Shown here in pieces: positions 31,676 to 42,045 of a stretch of 64,000 nt of DNA. The DNA lies in the IMG/VR virus record IMGVR_UViG_3300010352_001543; one strand, written 5' to 3'. Origin of the DNA: a virus. Taxonomy: Duplodnaviria > Caudoviricetes. Below the pieces are notes generated by a model. That model was not told the DNA's origin. It saw only the letters and a program-made list of their open reading frames with translations, and did not search any database. Both the position numbers and the translations under genes were made by a program. The first letter of the stretch is position 1, and every line of letters begins with the position of its first letter.

Positions 31676-33526
31676 CTATTTCTGATTCAACTCTTTTAAT
31701 AAATCGCTATAGAAAAATCCTTGTGGGTCTTCTTCTCTAATTTTTTTCAGTAATTTATTTGGATCAACTCCATAGGATTGTCGATAACTTTCTTCGAATA
31801 TTTCAGTGACCATTTCATGAAAAATTTCATTTTCGAACATCGGTATAGTATTTAGAATAGACATACAAATATCATCATTACCTGTTCCTGAAACATATTC
31901 ACCTTTTTCATTGATACCAAAACTTATTAATTCATCTATAGTGTTTTCTTCATATATTTTAATCTTCTTATTACTTATATATCTCTTCAAAGTATTAAAA
32001 TATATCTTTTTATTTCCTCTATCAATTCTTACTCCTATTTTAGGAGGCTTTTTAGTGGCACTATGTTTAGTCCTCATATAAATACATTCTTTGTACTTGG
32101 AGTTTGATTTCAGAACATTATTGACCACTTGCCATCTGAAATCATTTACTTCGACAACTAAAATAACATTTTGTTGGTCCAAATATTTATATAAGAAATC
32201 AGTCAGCCCTTCACCAAATTTATCAAGGTCAATTATATTGGACCTCCAAATTCCGAGCTGTTGTAAACCGAAAAAACTATATTCATCATCTATTACCATC
32301 TTTGGATTTTTCAACTGGGCTGGACTCATAGGAGATATCCGGAAAATAGAAGCAACTGTATAATCCTTTCCAATACCATCGGCAAAGTCAATTGAAATAA
32401 CTAATTTATAATCATTGTCAAATTTATCGAATGGTATATTGGGATTGAATTTTAAATATTGAAGCCAATCATTATTCACGTTTCTGTACAGTGATGGGTC
32501 GGTTGATGAAATAAATTTTGTTTTGATTTTTGTCAAAAAACGTTGATCGTAAATTTCAACGGAACCGTCACTCTCATTATAAATCTTATTTCCATACTCT
32601 TGTTCGAATGCCGCTACGGAGCCCAGATTCCTAATCATGTTATTTTTCCATGCTTCGTCTCTTCCGGGTACTTCCCACCAATCCACTTGATGCGGAATGA
32701 AACTATTTTCCTTTTTCTTAGCGGCTATGAATATTTTAGCAAATTGATTATAACCATTAACAGTTGAAGCAATAATAAATTTAAAATTGTCCTGTCCCGA
32801 TAGTGTTGGGAGAAGAGAAGTATAAAATTCTTCCGCTATTGATTCTTTTACGAATGCAAATTCATCTGTAAAAAGTAGATTAACAGGAAATGAACGCCCA
32901 GAATCTGCAGTAGTGGTACTACCCTGTATATGTGAAGCATTGTCATAAGACATAGATTTTATTGCTTTCTGAATTATACCTGGTTTTAGAAAGAATGGTA
33001 ATTTTTCATAAAGTAGATGTATATTTCTTAAAGTCTGGTACATGCCCATTTCTTTATGCGCTGTAGTAAGGCAAAATCGATTATTATGAAAATTCATGTA
33101 CCATGACATAAATATGGCAATTATTGTTGTTTTACCCGACTGCCGGCTAGAAAGTATAATATTCATGTCCTCTTCTTGCAACGCCTTAAGTATTCGTTTT
33201 TGGTAATCTCTTAATGGAATTTTAAATACTTTACCAGAATTGGTGATAAAACAATAATGCTCTGCATAGTACAGAACATCATTTTTACACCTAATAAATT
33301 CTTCAATTTCAGTAGGAGTTAACTCAAATAAAATATTACCTTTTCGAAGGTCATTCTTCCCTTCGAAGAAGGGAGTGGGTCCTTTTATGGATTCCCTTCT
33401 TTTTATTTTTTCTAATAATTGATTAACTTGTTTGGTGTCCCAAATTATATCATTATTATATTCTATTTCTTGTTTTTCGTCTTTATACTCTATAAGTTCA
33501 AGACTACTTCCAAAATTATTCTTCAT
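31676..33526 (-). CDS. Terminase large subunit (gp17-like)
   Basis: LRDYQ, SSRQSGKTT (Walker A), LLFTDEFAF (Walker B), IDFADGIGKDY, NDDICM. Confidence 0.92.
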   Translation of the reverse strand: MKNNFGSSLELIEYKDEKQEIEYNNDIIWDTKQVNQLLEKIKRRESIKGPTPFFEGKNDLRKGNILFELTPTEIEEFIRCKNDVLYYAEHYCFITNSGKVFKIPLRDYQKRILKALQEEDMNIILSSRQSGKTTIIAIFMSWYMNFHNNRFCLTTAHKEMGMYQTLRNIHLLYEKLPFFLKPGIIQKAIKSMSYDNASHIQGSTTTADSGRSFPVNLLFTDEFAFVKESIAEEFYTSLLPTLSGQDNFKFIIASTVNGYNQFAKIFIAAKKKENSFIPHQVDWWEVPGRDEAWKNNMIRNLGSVAAFEQEYGNKIYNESDGSVEIYDQRFLTKIKTKFISSTDPSLYRNVNNDWLQYLKFNPNIPFDKFDNDYKLVISIDFADGIGKDYTVASIFRISPMSPAQLKNPKMVIDDEYSFFGLQQLGIWRSNIIDLDKFGEGLTDFLYKYLDQQNVILVVEVNDFRWQVVNNVLKSNSKYKECIYMRTKHSATKKPPKIGVRIDRGNKKIYFNTLKRYISNKKIKIYEENTIDELISFGINEKGEYVSGTGNDDICMSILNTIPMFENEIFHEMVTEIFEESYRQSYGVDPNKLLKKIREEDPQGFFYSDLLKELNQK

Positions 33527-34153
33527 TTACATGGAATTTTCTTTTACTTCGTACATCTCGATAAGTTCGGACGACGATAATATTAATCTGTCTTTTTTGA
33601 CATCTGAAATCTGATTAGTTTTACCTCCACCTGATTCAGAATCTAATGTTTTAAAATAATATTTATAGAAATCTTCCATGATTCGTTCTATTTGTATTAT
33701 ATGACGAATTATTTCTAAGACAGATTGTTGAAGGTTTCTTATTCCTTCATAATTTCTAAAATATAGTTGATCAGATAATATATTTTCAATTAACTTCTGA
33801 GTTGATATTTTTGCAATTTTAGACTGAAATTTAAGGTCCGATAAAATTTCTTGGTCCTCTTTCATTTTCGAAATAATATAAAAGTCGGTTGATAATTGGT
33901 CTAAATAATTTTTACCGTAAAATTGAACAATATCTTTTAAAAAAATTGCTGATTCTTTTTTACAATCTTCTTCAAGCTGATTAATATCAACTATAATATT
34001 CTTTTTATCTTCAATAATTTTAGTGTCACTGCATATGTCGATACTTTCCATCTCATCCTGAATATTAGCAATGATATCATCAATTTGTAATTTCTTATCT
34101 AACTCATGTTGTAACAGTGAATCAGAAACTGATCTATTTTTTTTGGTCTTCAT
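33527..34153 (-). CDS. Helical protein, possibly terminase small subunit
   Basis: Position immediately upstream of TerL; no clear motif. Confidence 0.35.
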   Translation of the reverse strand: MKTKKNRSVSDSLLQHELDKKLQIDDIIANIQDEMESIDICSDTKIIEDKKNIIVDINQLEEDCKKESAIFLKDIVQFYGKNYLDQLSTDFYIISKMKEDQEILSDLKFQSKIAKISTQKLIENILSDQLYFRNYEGIRNLQQSVLEIIRHIIQIERIMEDFYKYYFKTLDSESGGGKTNQISDVKKDRLILSSSELIEMYEVKENSM

Positions 34154-34154
34154 T

Positions 34155-36128
34155 TTATTTAGCAGATCCTATATATGGTAGTGAATTTTTCTGTTCACAG
34201 TTATCAATAATTAAACATTTAGATGAATCAGATACTAAAATTTGATTTAAAAAGATTGAATGCTTCTCCTCTATTATAGTAGAATTCAACCATCTAATAT
34301 TTGTCATAATCAATGGACTTGCAAGGATAAACATCTCATTGTTTCCATATATTATGGAACGGTCAACCTCATCGAAAATATCTAAACTACAATTAAATGT
34401 TTCCACCAATTTCAAATCATTTTTGTTTTCTTGAGGAGTGTAAATATAGTAACTAAATTGATTCAGCTCATGGGATATTGTTAAAATAATAGAATACCAT
34501 TTACCAAACTCCAGTGGGTTGGCCAAAGTGAAAGTTTGAATGTAATCATCAAATCTGATACGTAGGTTCTGATAATTTATTAAATCGATTGAAAATCCTC
34601 TATGATCTTGAATGTTACCGATAAAGTTATCAACTATTATTTTTTCAAAGAATAAATTAGTGAAAGATTGCCAATCCGGAACATCAGTTGTAATAGAGGT
34701 ATAATCAGTATCAAACTCCCAAACTGCTTTTATCTGTTCTCTATCAAAAAGTATTTCAGTTATAATAACATTGAAACTAAAAGTATTGTCCTTCTTGTAA
34801 ATTTTAACCAAATCTCCGACCCTGAAATTAGTAGGTAAATTGTATTCAAAATCAAGAATAATTTCATCCCTTGTAGCAACTACTGAAATAATTGGTTTTG
34901 AATATTTCTTCTCTTCTTTCAAGTAAAACCAATTGGTAAGGGTTCGGGTATTCAATTCAGTTATCTGTTCTTTAATATTATAGAAAACACAAGGTATTCT
35001 TCCATCTTCTATATAAATTCTATTAAAGTCATAGTAGTTATGTGATACTATAATATCATCATTCATTAATTCATAGTCCGTTACCAATTTAGTATTGAAA
35101 TTTTCTTTATATAACATAACAGGATCAAATCTATTGCTTTTAATAGTGAGTTGTTTTCTGTTGGTAGCATCCATCATCTCTTCTTTAATATCCATTCCTA
35201 AAAGTTCAGTAAAACTGGTAGCAGCGTTATCAAATTGCTCCATTGTTTCGGGAGAACCGGAAATATATGACTTCTTGGTGAACTTAACTAAGTTACATTT
35301 GTAATATACCGGTTTGTTCATAAACGACCTAACCAATTCACAGTCGAGAATCAAATAAAATCTATCCATTCTATCAATGAACAACGCGTCATCTGTTTGT
35401 GGCCGTTGATTGACACCAAACTCTTGCTCAAAATAATTTTTGTCTATATGAATCTCAAATGGTTGTTCAAAATTAACACCTTCGATAGGTGAAATTGTCC
35501 AAGAGGGATCCGGAAATGAATTATCAGGTAGCATAATCTTAATATGCTTACCATCTCTATAATTCATCAGTCCCCACTCCATTAAAAGTGAATCCTTTGA
35601 TTCATAAATTGGGTCAGCCTTGTAGTATGCTACATTATGTCCGAATAATTCATTAACATAGTATGACATCTGACGATTCAAATCAAATGTTTTTATTTGA
35701 TTATAAATATCAAATGTTGAATGAAATGTTTCGATAGGTTTATATCTAGATTCTTCTTGAAGAACCTCATAGACCTGATTTGGCATTTCCTCAAATTTAT
35801 CCGGTATCAAAGTAAGACCTAAGCTAACAGAAGAATATTCAAAGTAGCCGGAGGTTCCTCCTAACTGAAATTTAAAATCCAACCAAAATTCAAATTGGTC
35901 TTTGCCTTGAAGCAAAGCATTAATTTCATTAAGTTTAGTAGTTGTTAGTTCTAACCAATCACTAAAACTTGAAAAATTTATGGAATAACGAAAATATTTC
36001 AAGACTACTACACTCGGTGCTGATTTAGTGATAATATCATCAACAGAATCAAATGTTGCCACGTTCCGGTAACTTTGTTGGTTCCTGACTACTAAATAAT
36101 CTCCAATATTCTCTACTTTGATGGACAT
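34155..36128 (-). CDS. Neck/head-closure protein (gp14-like domain plus extensions)
   Basis: FGHNVAYY, FEIHIDK.YF...FG...RP..DD.LF pattern. Confidence 0.55.
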   Translation of the reverse strand: MSIKVENIGDYLVVRNQQSYRNVATFDSVDDIITKSAPSVVVLKYFRYSINFSSFSDWLELTTTKLNEINALLQGKDQFEFWLDFKFQLGGTSGYFEYSSVSLGLTLIPDKFEEMPNQVYEVLQEESRYKPIETFHSTFDIYNQIKTFDLNRQMSYYVNELFGHNVAYYKADPIYESKDSLLMEWGLMNYRDGKHIKIMLPDNSFPDPSWTISPIEGVNFEQPFEIHIDKNYFEQEFGVNQRPQTDDALFIDRMDRFYLILDCELVRSFMNKPVYYKCNLVKFTKKSYISGSPETMEQFDNAATSFTELLGMDIKEEMMDATNRKQLTIKSNRFDPVMLYKENFNTKLVTDYELMNDDIIVSHNYYDFNRIYIEDGRIPCVFYNIKEQITELNTRTLTNWFYLKEEKKYSKPIISVVATRDEIILDFEYNLPTNFRVGDLVKIYKKDNTFSFNVIITEILFDREQIKAVWEFDTDYTSITTDVPDWQSFTNLFFEKIIVDNFIGNIQDHRGFSIDLINYQNLRIRFDDYIQTFTLANPLEFGKWYSIILTISHELNQFSYYIYTPQENKNDLKLVETFNCSLDIFDEVDRSIIYGNNEMFILASPLIMTNIRWLNSTIIEEKHSIFLNQILVSDSSKCLIIDNCEQKNSLPYIGSAK

Positions 36129-36677
36129 TTATTCTTTCTTATTTTTTTGGTTAACTTTTGTTTTCTCCCAATCTAACAAACCTTGAAGCTCATCCAATTT
36201 ATTTTTGGTATTTTCCGAATCCAATAATAAACCGTCTGTCAAATCTTTAGAGGAACATTCATATACCTTTATATATAATGCTATCAATTCTTTGTCTAAT
36301 TTATCGGTATTTGAACCAATGTCTATACTGAAATTTTTATTGACTTTAGTATAGAACCAACCAGGTGTAGCATTGTACAATTTTCTTAAAGTATATACCC
36401 AATAATCAACCACTGCTGAAGTGTTCATATTCATTCTATTTACTACTGCAGCATGAATCGGATATTGAATGGCCATAAACCGGTTTAATATAAAATATGC
36501 TTTGTCCTTATCTTTGTTGGTCAGGAGACTATATTCTTTTGGCTTCCAAGCAACATCTAAAATTTTCTGAACCGGGAAGACCTTTTTCTTTTTTTCAACA
36601 GCTGCTACTGGTTTCTTTGCCGCTGATTTACTTTTAATAAATTTATTATCAGAAGTTACTACTTTTTTACTAAACAT
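36129..36677 (-). CDS. Clamp-loader small subunit-like (gp62-like)
   Basis: YFILNRFMA...A..VN.MN; LYIKVYECS. Confidence 0.5.
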   Translation of the reverse strand: MFSKKVVTSDNKFIKSKSAAKKPVAAVEKKKKVFPVQKILDVAWKPKEYSLLTNKDKDKAYFILNRFMAIQYPIHAAVVNRMNMNTSAVVDYWVYTLRKLYNATPGWFYTKVNKNFSIDIGSNTDKLDKELIALYIKVYECSSKDLTDGLLLDSENTKNKLDELQGLLDWEKTKVNQKNKKE

Positions 36678-36684
36678 TTTTTCT

Positions 36685-37836
36685 CTACGCGTAAATTGTT
36701 ATTGATTTTTCTTGGACGTCCAAACCAAGATCTTTATAGAATTGTTCTTTTTTATACCTACCTAATTTCAAATATTGTTCTGAACATAATTGATTTTTTA
36801 TATGTTCCAATACTTTCGGAAGAAGGTCTTTTGGATAACTATCTCTCGAAAGATAAATCAACCTTGTATTCATCGCTAAATTTTCCTTTAATAGATTCAT
36901 ATCAATATTACTCTTTGACCTGCTCTCAAAAAGAATTTTAATAGTTTCTAAAAGTTGAGCATCTTGACTTACTAAACGGCTAAGAGAAAAATTGGGTTGT
37001 TCTATTACATCTTCATGAAATTTCTTTGTTACCCTTTTATCCCTGGAACCGTTTTTACCTTTCCAAACATAACAGCTAAAAATATTGTCGGATGAATCTC
37101 CTAAAAATATTTTCTCCGTTACTATTGTTTCTGGATAAATTTCATAAAGAGTGATAGTCTTATTAAGAATCTTTTTAATTAAATTGGAATTGTCTTCCAC
37201 CTGATGTTTGAAAAAGTCTTCAGAGAAAATATCAAAACATTTATTTTCTTTTTGACTTGTTTCATGTTTCTCCAAAGCTGACAAGGTTCCTGGAACCACA
37301 CAAAGACGTTTATTATTAAATATAAATTGAAGGTATATTACAAAATTTAATTTTTCATTATCAAATTTAATCAACTGAATCAAGTCATTGTCATTTCCAA
37401 TAATTAAAGTATTATCACCATTTCTGAAAAAATAGTCCGACCAAAAATAAATTAAGTCATCCGCTTCCATTGATTCACATCTACTAACCAGAATACCATT
37501 ACTTGTTGACACTTCAGATATTCTTCTGACTGTCTCGTCCCAAGTTTTATAAATGGCTTCCCACTTTTCTTTGTCTTCCGGTTTCTTAATCCGATTGCCT
37601 TTATAAGAAGTTGAAATATTTTTTCTCCATGACCTATCATCCAAACAAAGAATTATTCTATCCACGTCATCAAACAATAAAATAATCCGGTTAAGATCCT
37701 TTATAAATTTATCAAAGAAAAGATCAAAGAACTCTTCCGTGGTAGGAACTTTCTTTTTAGTATCGAAAATAAGATTTGTGACATGGTATGTTTGGTGGAG
37801 AAGGAAACTTCCATCAATAATAATATTCTGTTTCAT
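36685..37836 (-). CDS. RNase H / 5'-3' exonuclease (T4 rnh-like)
   Basis: IIDGS, SWRK...YKGNR, EADD, DNDLIQL, GDSSDNI. Confidence 0.88.
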   Translation of the reverse strand: MKQNIIIDGSFLLHQTYHVTNLIFDTKKKVPTTEEFFDLFFDKFIKDLNRIILLFDDVDRIILCLDDRSWRKNISTSYKGNRIKKPEDKEKWEAIYKTWDETVRRISEVSTSNGILVSRCESMEADDLIYFWSDYFFRNGDNTLIIGNDNDLIQLIKFDNEKLNFVIYLQFIFNNKRLCVVPGTLSALEKHETSQKENKCFDIFSEDFFKHQVEDNSNLIKKILNKTITLYEIYPETIVTEKIFLGDSSDNIFSCYVWKGKNGSRDKRVTKKFHEDVIEQPNFSLSRLVSQDAQLLETIKILFESRSKSNIDMNLLKENLAMNTRLIYLSRDSYPKDLLPKVLEHIKNQLCSEQYLKLGRYKKEQFYKDLGLDVQEKSITIYA

Positions 37837-38145
37837 TTACTCACCATCTGAAATTGGAAGTGAAGAACATTTTACACCTTTTGTAGCGAATGTTTGAAGA
37901 CTTTCTTTTTCATCGAAAATATCTTCAACAACAGTTATTGTTATTTTTCCGTTTTGTACTTCAAAATAGCAGTAGTCAGGAACCCTGAAGGATTCTCTCT
38001 CAGGTGTTGTTGGAACAAGCTCTTTTAGATAGAGGCCTTGTTCGTTTTTAATGATCTTGAACTTGTCAAGGTTGAAGGAAATTGAAATCATATGATTTTG
38101 TCTCAAAAATGTTGTTAAATATATTTTAGTTTTTATACTCATCAA
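37837..38145 (-). CDS. Hypothetical protein
   Basis: First ORF of the leftward arm; start uncertain. Confidence 0.5.
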   Translation of the reverse strand: MMSIKTKIYLTTFLRQNHMISISFNLDKFKIIKNEQGLYLKELVPTTPERESFRVPDYCYFEVQNGKITITVVEDIFDEKESLQTFATKGVKCSSLPISDGE

Positions 38146-38585
38146 AAGAAGAAAAATAAAAAGAATTAAAGAATAAATTCAAAGAGCAATTGTCGATGTG
38201 AAAAGAATCCATTCAAAGACTAACATCCATCGAAAGAACAATTGTTGTTGTCGCAACTATAATTTATTATAATATTATAATATATTTTGAATGATTAGCA
38301 TTACTAATTATTTATACATAGTTTTTAATCACTTTGTAACAAGAATTTTAAAAATAATTGAAAATAATTGAAAATAATTTGTAACTACTTTGATTCAAAC
38401 AAAACTAAAAATAAAAATATTTTTACTTTAATTTATACAACCAATATTGTAAAAACTAAATAATAATCTTAAATATATATTATTAGTTTTCATAACACAT
38501 TTTTTAAATCATTTTATGAAAATTTTTGTTTTAATATATATTATATAAGAAAAATATTAAATAGTTTATATAAAAGTAACAATTC
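38146..38585. promoter_or_regulatory. AT-rich divergent control region at the strand switch
   Basis: 3x aaaataatt(g/t) at 38351-38380; palindromic AATATATATT at 38472-38481 and 38533-38542. Confidence 0.6.
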
Positions 38586-39833
38586 ATGGTCCAAGTAGAA
38601 CAACATATAGTTAAAAAATCCAACAAGAACACCGAATGGCAAGTGATTGACCATTTAGCATTCCTATCGAAAAACTTGTACAATACCTGCCTTTGGACCA
38701 CCAAGAATCATTTTGAAGCAACCGGCAAGTGGATGAGGTACAGTGAAATGTATAAAAAGTTCTACAATGAGCAGAATCCTTCTTTCATTGCTCTTCCAGC
38801 TGCAACTGCTCAGCAGATCATGATGGTGATGGACAAGAACATGAAGAGCTATTTTGCTTTACTAAAAATGTATAAAAAGAACAAGAAATCATTAAACGGA
38901 TGCCCAAAGTTTCCTAAATACAAAGACAGTTTGGACGGCAGAAATATACTTATTTTTACTTCTCAACAAATGAGGCTACAAAAAGATGAGACAATTAATT
39001 TTCCAAAGAAAACTGACCTAAGACCACTAAAGACTAAAATTCCAGCTGGAAGCCTGAAACAAGTAAGAATAGTACCACAGTCCAGTTGCTATATCATTGA
39101 GGTTGTCTATGAAAAAGAAGTAGTACAAGCATTTCCACCTAATGATTCCTGGTTGTCTATCGACCTTGGAGTCAATAACTTAATGACCTGTTTCGATACT
39201 GTTTCCATCAAACCAACAATCATTAATGGTAAACCACTCAAATCCATCAACCAATTCTACAACAAGAAACATGCTAAACTACAATCACAACTACAAAAAC
39301 AGTATCCAAAACGACATAAGTCAAAAAAACTAAATAAATTAACAACAAAAAGAAATCGTAAAATTAAAGACTACCTCCATAAGAGTTCCAGGTTTGTAGT
39401 CAATTATTGCTTGGAATCAGGCATCTCTAACATTGCTATAGGTTATAACGCTGAATGGAAACAAAACGTTCAGCTCGGCAGTAAGAATAACCAAAACTTT
39501 GTTCAGATACCTTTTCTAACACTAATAAATCAAATAGAATACAAAGCAGCGTTGCTTGGCATAACTGTTATAAGGAACGAAGAATCCTACACCAGTAAGT
39601 GCTCAGCGATGGACCTTGAACCAGTTAAAAAACATGACACATATTGCGGTAAGCGCATAAAGCGCGGCATGTTTATAACTGGTACTGGTCAACGAATTAA
39701 TGCTGACTTGAATGGAGCCATAAATATTCTTCGAAATGTAGCTGGAGATAAGGAACAAATTATTAAATTTGTTCAAACTCAATCCAGTAGAGGTCAAATC
39801 GTTTGGCCGTTTCATGCATGCATGAATAAATAG
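38586..39833 (+). mobile_element. tnpB: Solo TnpB RNA-guided endonuclease (IS200/IS605-IS607 superfamily), no TnpA nearby
   Basis: SKNLYN, SIDLGVNNL (RuvC-I), DYLHKSSR, NEESYTSKCS, INADLNGAINI (RuvC-III). Confidence 0.92.
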
Positions 39834-39918
39834 TTTTTAATTACAAAGAACTTTGTTTTTAAAAATTGATACGATATTACAGACGGAAAATCATCACATT
39901 TATTATATAAGGACAAAA

Positions 39919-40170
39919 ATGGCAAACAACGAAATTTTACTTCTAAAATCAAAAATAAAGAACATGGTAGCACAAGTTGCAAAAATCTGCGGTTGCCAGA
40001 TAAAGTTTAATTACAATATTGAAAAATATTTTAAAACAACCGAAGACTGGTCTTTATTTTTTCAAAAACTCAACTCATCTTTTTCAACCTCGTTTGATAT
40101 GACTCAACGACATGCTTGGAAAACATTAGAAGATGTAGTGACCGACATAACCAAATCTAAGCAGGCATAA
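39919..40170 (+). CDS. Acyl-carrier-protein-fold protein lacking the DSL serine
   Basis: Ungapped by-eye match to ACP helices II-IV; AAGGA upstream of ATG 39919. Confidence 0.5.
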   Translation: MANNEILLLKSKIKNMVAQVAKICGCQIKFNYNIEKYFKTTEDWSLFFQKLNSSFSTSFDMTQRHAWKTLEDVVTDITKSKQA

Positions 40171-40171
40171 A

Positions 40172-42013
40172 ATGAAAAATATTGAATTCTTGTTACAACA
40201 TGAAAAAGAATCATTCATTAATAAATTATTCAATGAAGAAATTATAATTTATGAAAATTTGGATGCTGTTAATTTTTCTTTTATAAAAGATATTAATGGT
40301 GAGTATCGTTTCTATAAAAAAGGAATGAACTTTCCTCTTAATTTTTATGAAAGAACATTTACCGGCCTCTATGAGAAAGCCATAAATTACATTCTTACAT
40401 TGGATGATAATATTAAAAAGAATATTAAAGAATTGTATCGTTTTCAATTTGAGTATTTCCCGAACCAACAACCCAATAATATTTTTTATAAGAATCTGCC
40501 TAAAAATAATTTAGTTTTAACCGGTGTATTTGAATACGACCAATACGGAAGAATTAAGAACATATTTAATAATGTAGATGACCTGAACTATTATGCTGAT
40601 TTGCTGGATGTGGGTCCACCTCCTATCATATTTAAAGGTGTTTTAGAAACTACTCAAAAACAACAGTTGATTAATTTTATTAATTCGAAAAAGGATGATG
40701 ACTTATTATTTTTCCAAGAATTTTTAGAAATCATTGGTGTTGATATAACAGAAACCTACTTAGGAAATCCAATTAATTCGATGATAGAAGGATTGAGGAT
40801 AACGTTTAAAGATGATAAAAACCTTTACCATTATAAAGTTATTAATCCGGCGTTCAAAGCATATATTGAAAATTCAAAGAAGGTGGATAAAATATCTATA
40901 CTACCAATTATATATGCTGAGATAATTACCTTCTTTAGTAAAAATGTGATCATAATCAAAAATTTTGAGTCGAAAAAAGCGGACAAGAATTTAAGATACT
41001 TAGATTTGATCTACCGGATGTTCAAAATATTTTATGAAGAGAAGAAAAACGAATTTGATGACATTTCCATCGACTTGATACCTGAATTCTTTATATCGGC
41101 TCATTATGCAGTCAATTTGGATAATATAACAGACAGCGAAGTGCTGGATATTATAAAGAAGGATAAAATATTCTTGGCCATTCTTAAAATCTTTTTGAAT
41201 CTGTTCAAAAAGAAAAGAAACAGTAAAGACAATTTCATCAACCAAAATCTTCTGGCTTATCAAAATGACATTTATTATGAAATTCAACGAGCTATCGGAA
41301 ATGATGATATTAATTTAAATGAATCACTGACATTTTTAGAATTTCTTGAACTTTCAAATGAGGTTCCGGAGCAAGACAAAAAAGCGGTAGAAATAGACCT
41401 CAAGGACTTGGCTATTACAGAAGATGAGATTATAGAAAATGAATTCTATGATAAAGAAAAAGATTTTTGGATTCATCTTAGGACACCAATAAATGATTTT
41501 CAAAATTCTAAAAATAGAATAAATGTAGTGATTGGTTCCTTTCCTATTTTCACTAAAGATTTTAAAACATATTTAAATGATGAAATCAAGGCTTCTAAAA
41601 TTATGTTGTACAATTTAGAAAATGTTGATGTTTATAGAACGGATATTTTCAAAATTATTCATAACTCATTTTGTGGAAGTCTTCTCGGAAGAATAACAAC
41701 CGCTATACTTTGGCCTGAACTGGACGTGATTAAAATTTTAGAACAGCTGGATCGGAAAGAAATAATTTCTAAAATTTATATTCCTTTCGGAACCGGTGAA
41801 TACTATGCTAAAATATTTGAATATTACCGATTGACTGACAAGTTTAATTTTTCATCTAATTTGATTTTGGTGGAAATGCCATCATATTTTACAATTGATT
41901 GTAAACAGGAGCTTAAGGATATATACAATAAACTAAGTAGTATGGAATTTATCAATTTGTTGGATGATAGCATAAAATATCTACAAATAAAAATTGGTCA
42001 AGACTTAAAATAG
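40172..42013 (+). CDS. Degenerate Rnl2-type nucleotidyltransferase fused to a degenerate HIGH-type domain
   Basis: YENLDAVNFSF (cf. EKxDGxNF), FEYF, PPPIIFKG, IEGL, YKVINP; C-terminal VVIGSFPIFT. Confidence 0.5.
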   Translation: MKNIEFLLQHEKESFINKLFNEEIIIYENLDAVNFSFIKDINGEYRFYKKGMNFPLNFYERTFTGLYEKAINYILTLDDNIKKNIKELYRFQFEYFPNQQPNNIFYKNLPKNNLVLTGVFEYDQYGRIKNIFNNVDDLNYYADLLDVGPPPIIFKGVLETTQKQQLINFINSKKDDDLLFFQEFLEIIGVDITETYLGNPINSMIEGLRITFKDDKNLYHYKVINPAFKAYIENSKKVDKISILPIIYAEIITFFSKNVIIIKNFESKKADKNLRYLDLIYRMFKIFYEEKKNEFDDISIDLIPEFFISAHYAVNLDNITDSEVLDIIKKDKIFLAILKIFLNLFKKKRNSKDNFINQNLLAYQNDIYYEIQRAIGNDDINLNESLTFLEFLELSNEVPEQDKKAVEIDLKDLAITEDEIIENEFYDKEKDFWIHLRTPINDFQNSKNRINVVIGSFPIFTKDFKTYLNDEIKASKIMLYNLENVDVYRTDIFKIIHNSFCGSLLGRITTAILWPELDVIKILEQLDRKEIISKIYIPFGTGEYYAKIFEYYRLTDKFNFSSNLILVEMPSYFTIDCKQELKDIYNKLSSMEFINLLDDSIKYLQIKIGQDLK

Positions 42014-42045
42014 AATATATAAAATAAACAAAAATAGATAATAAA

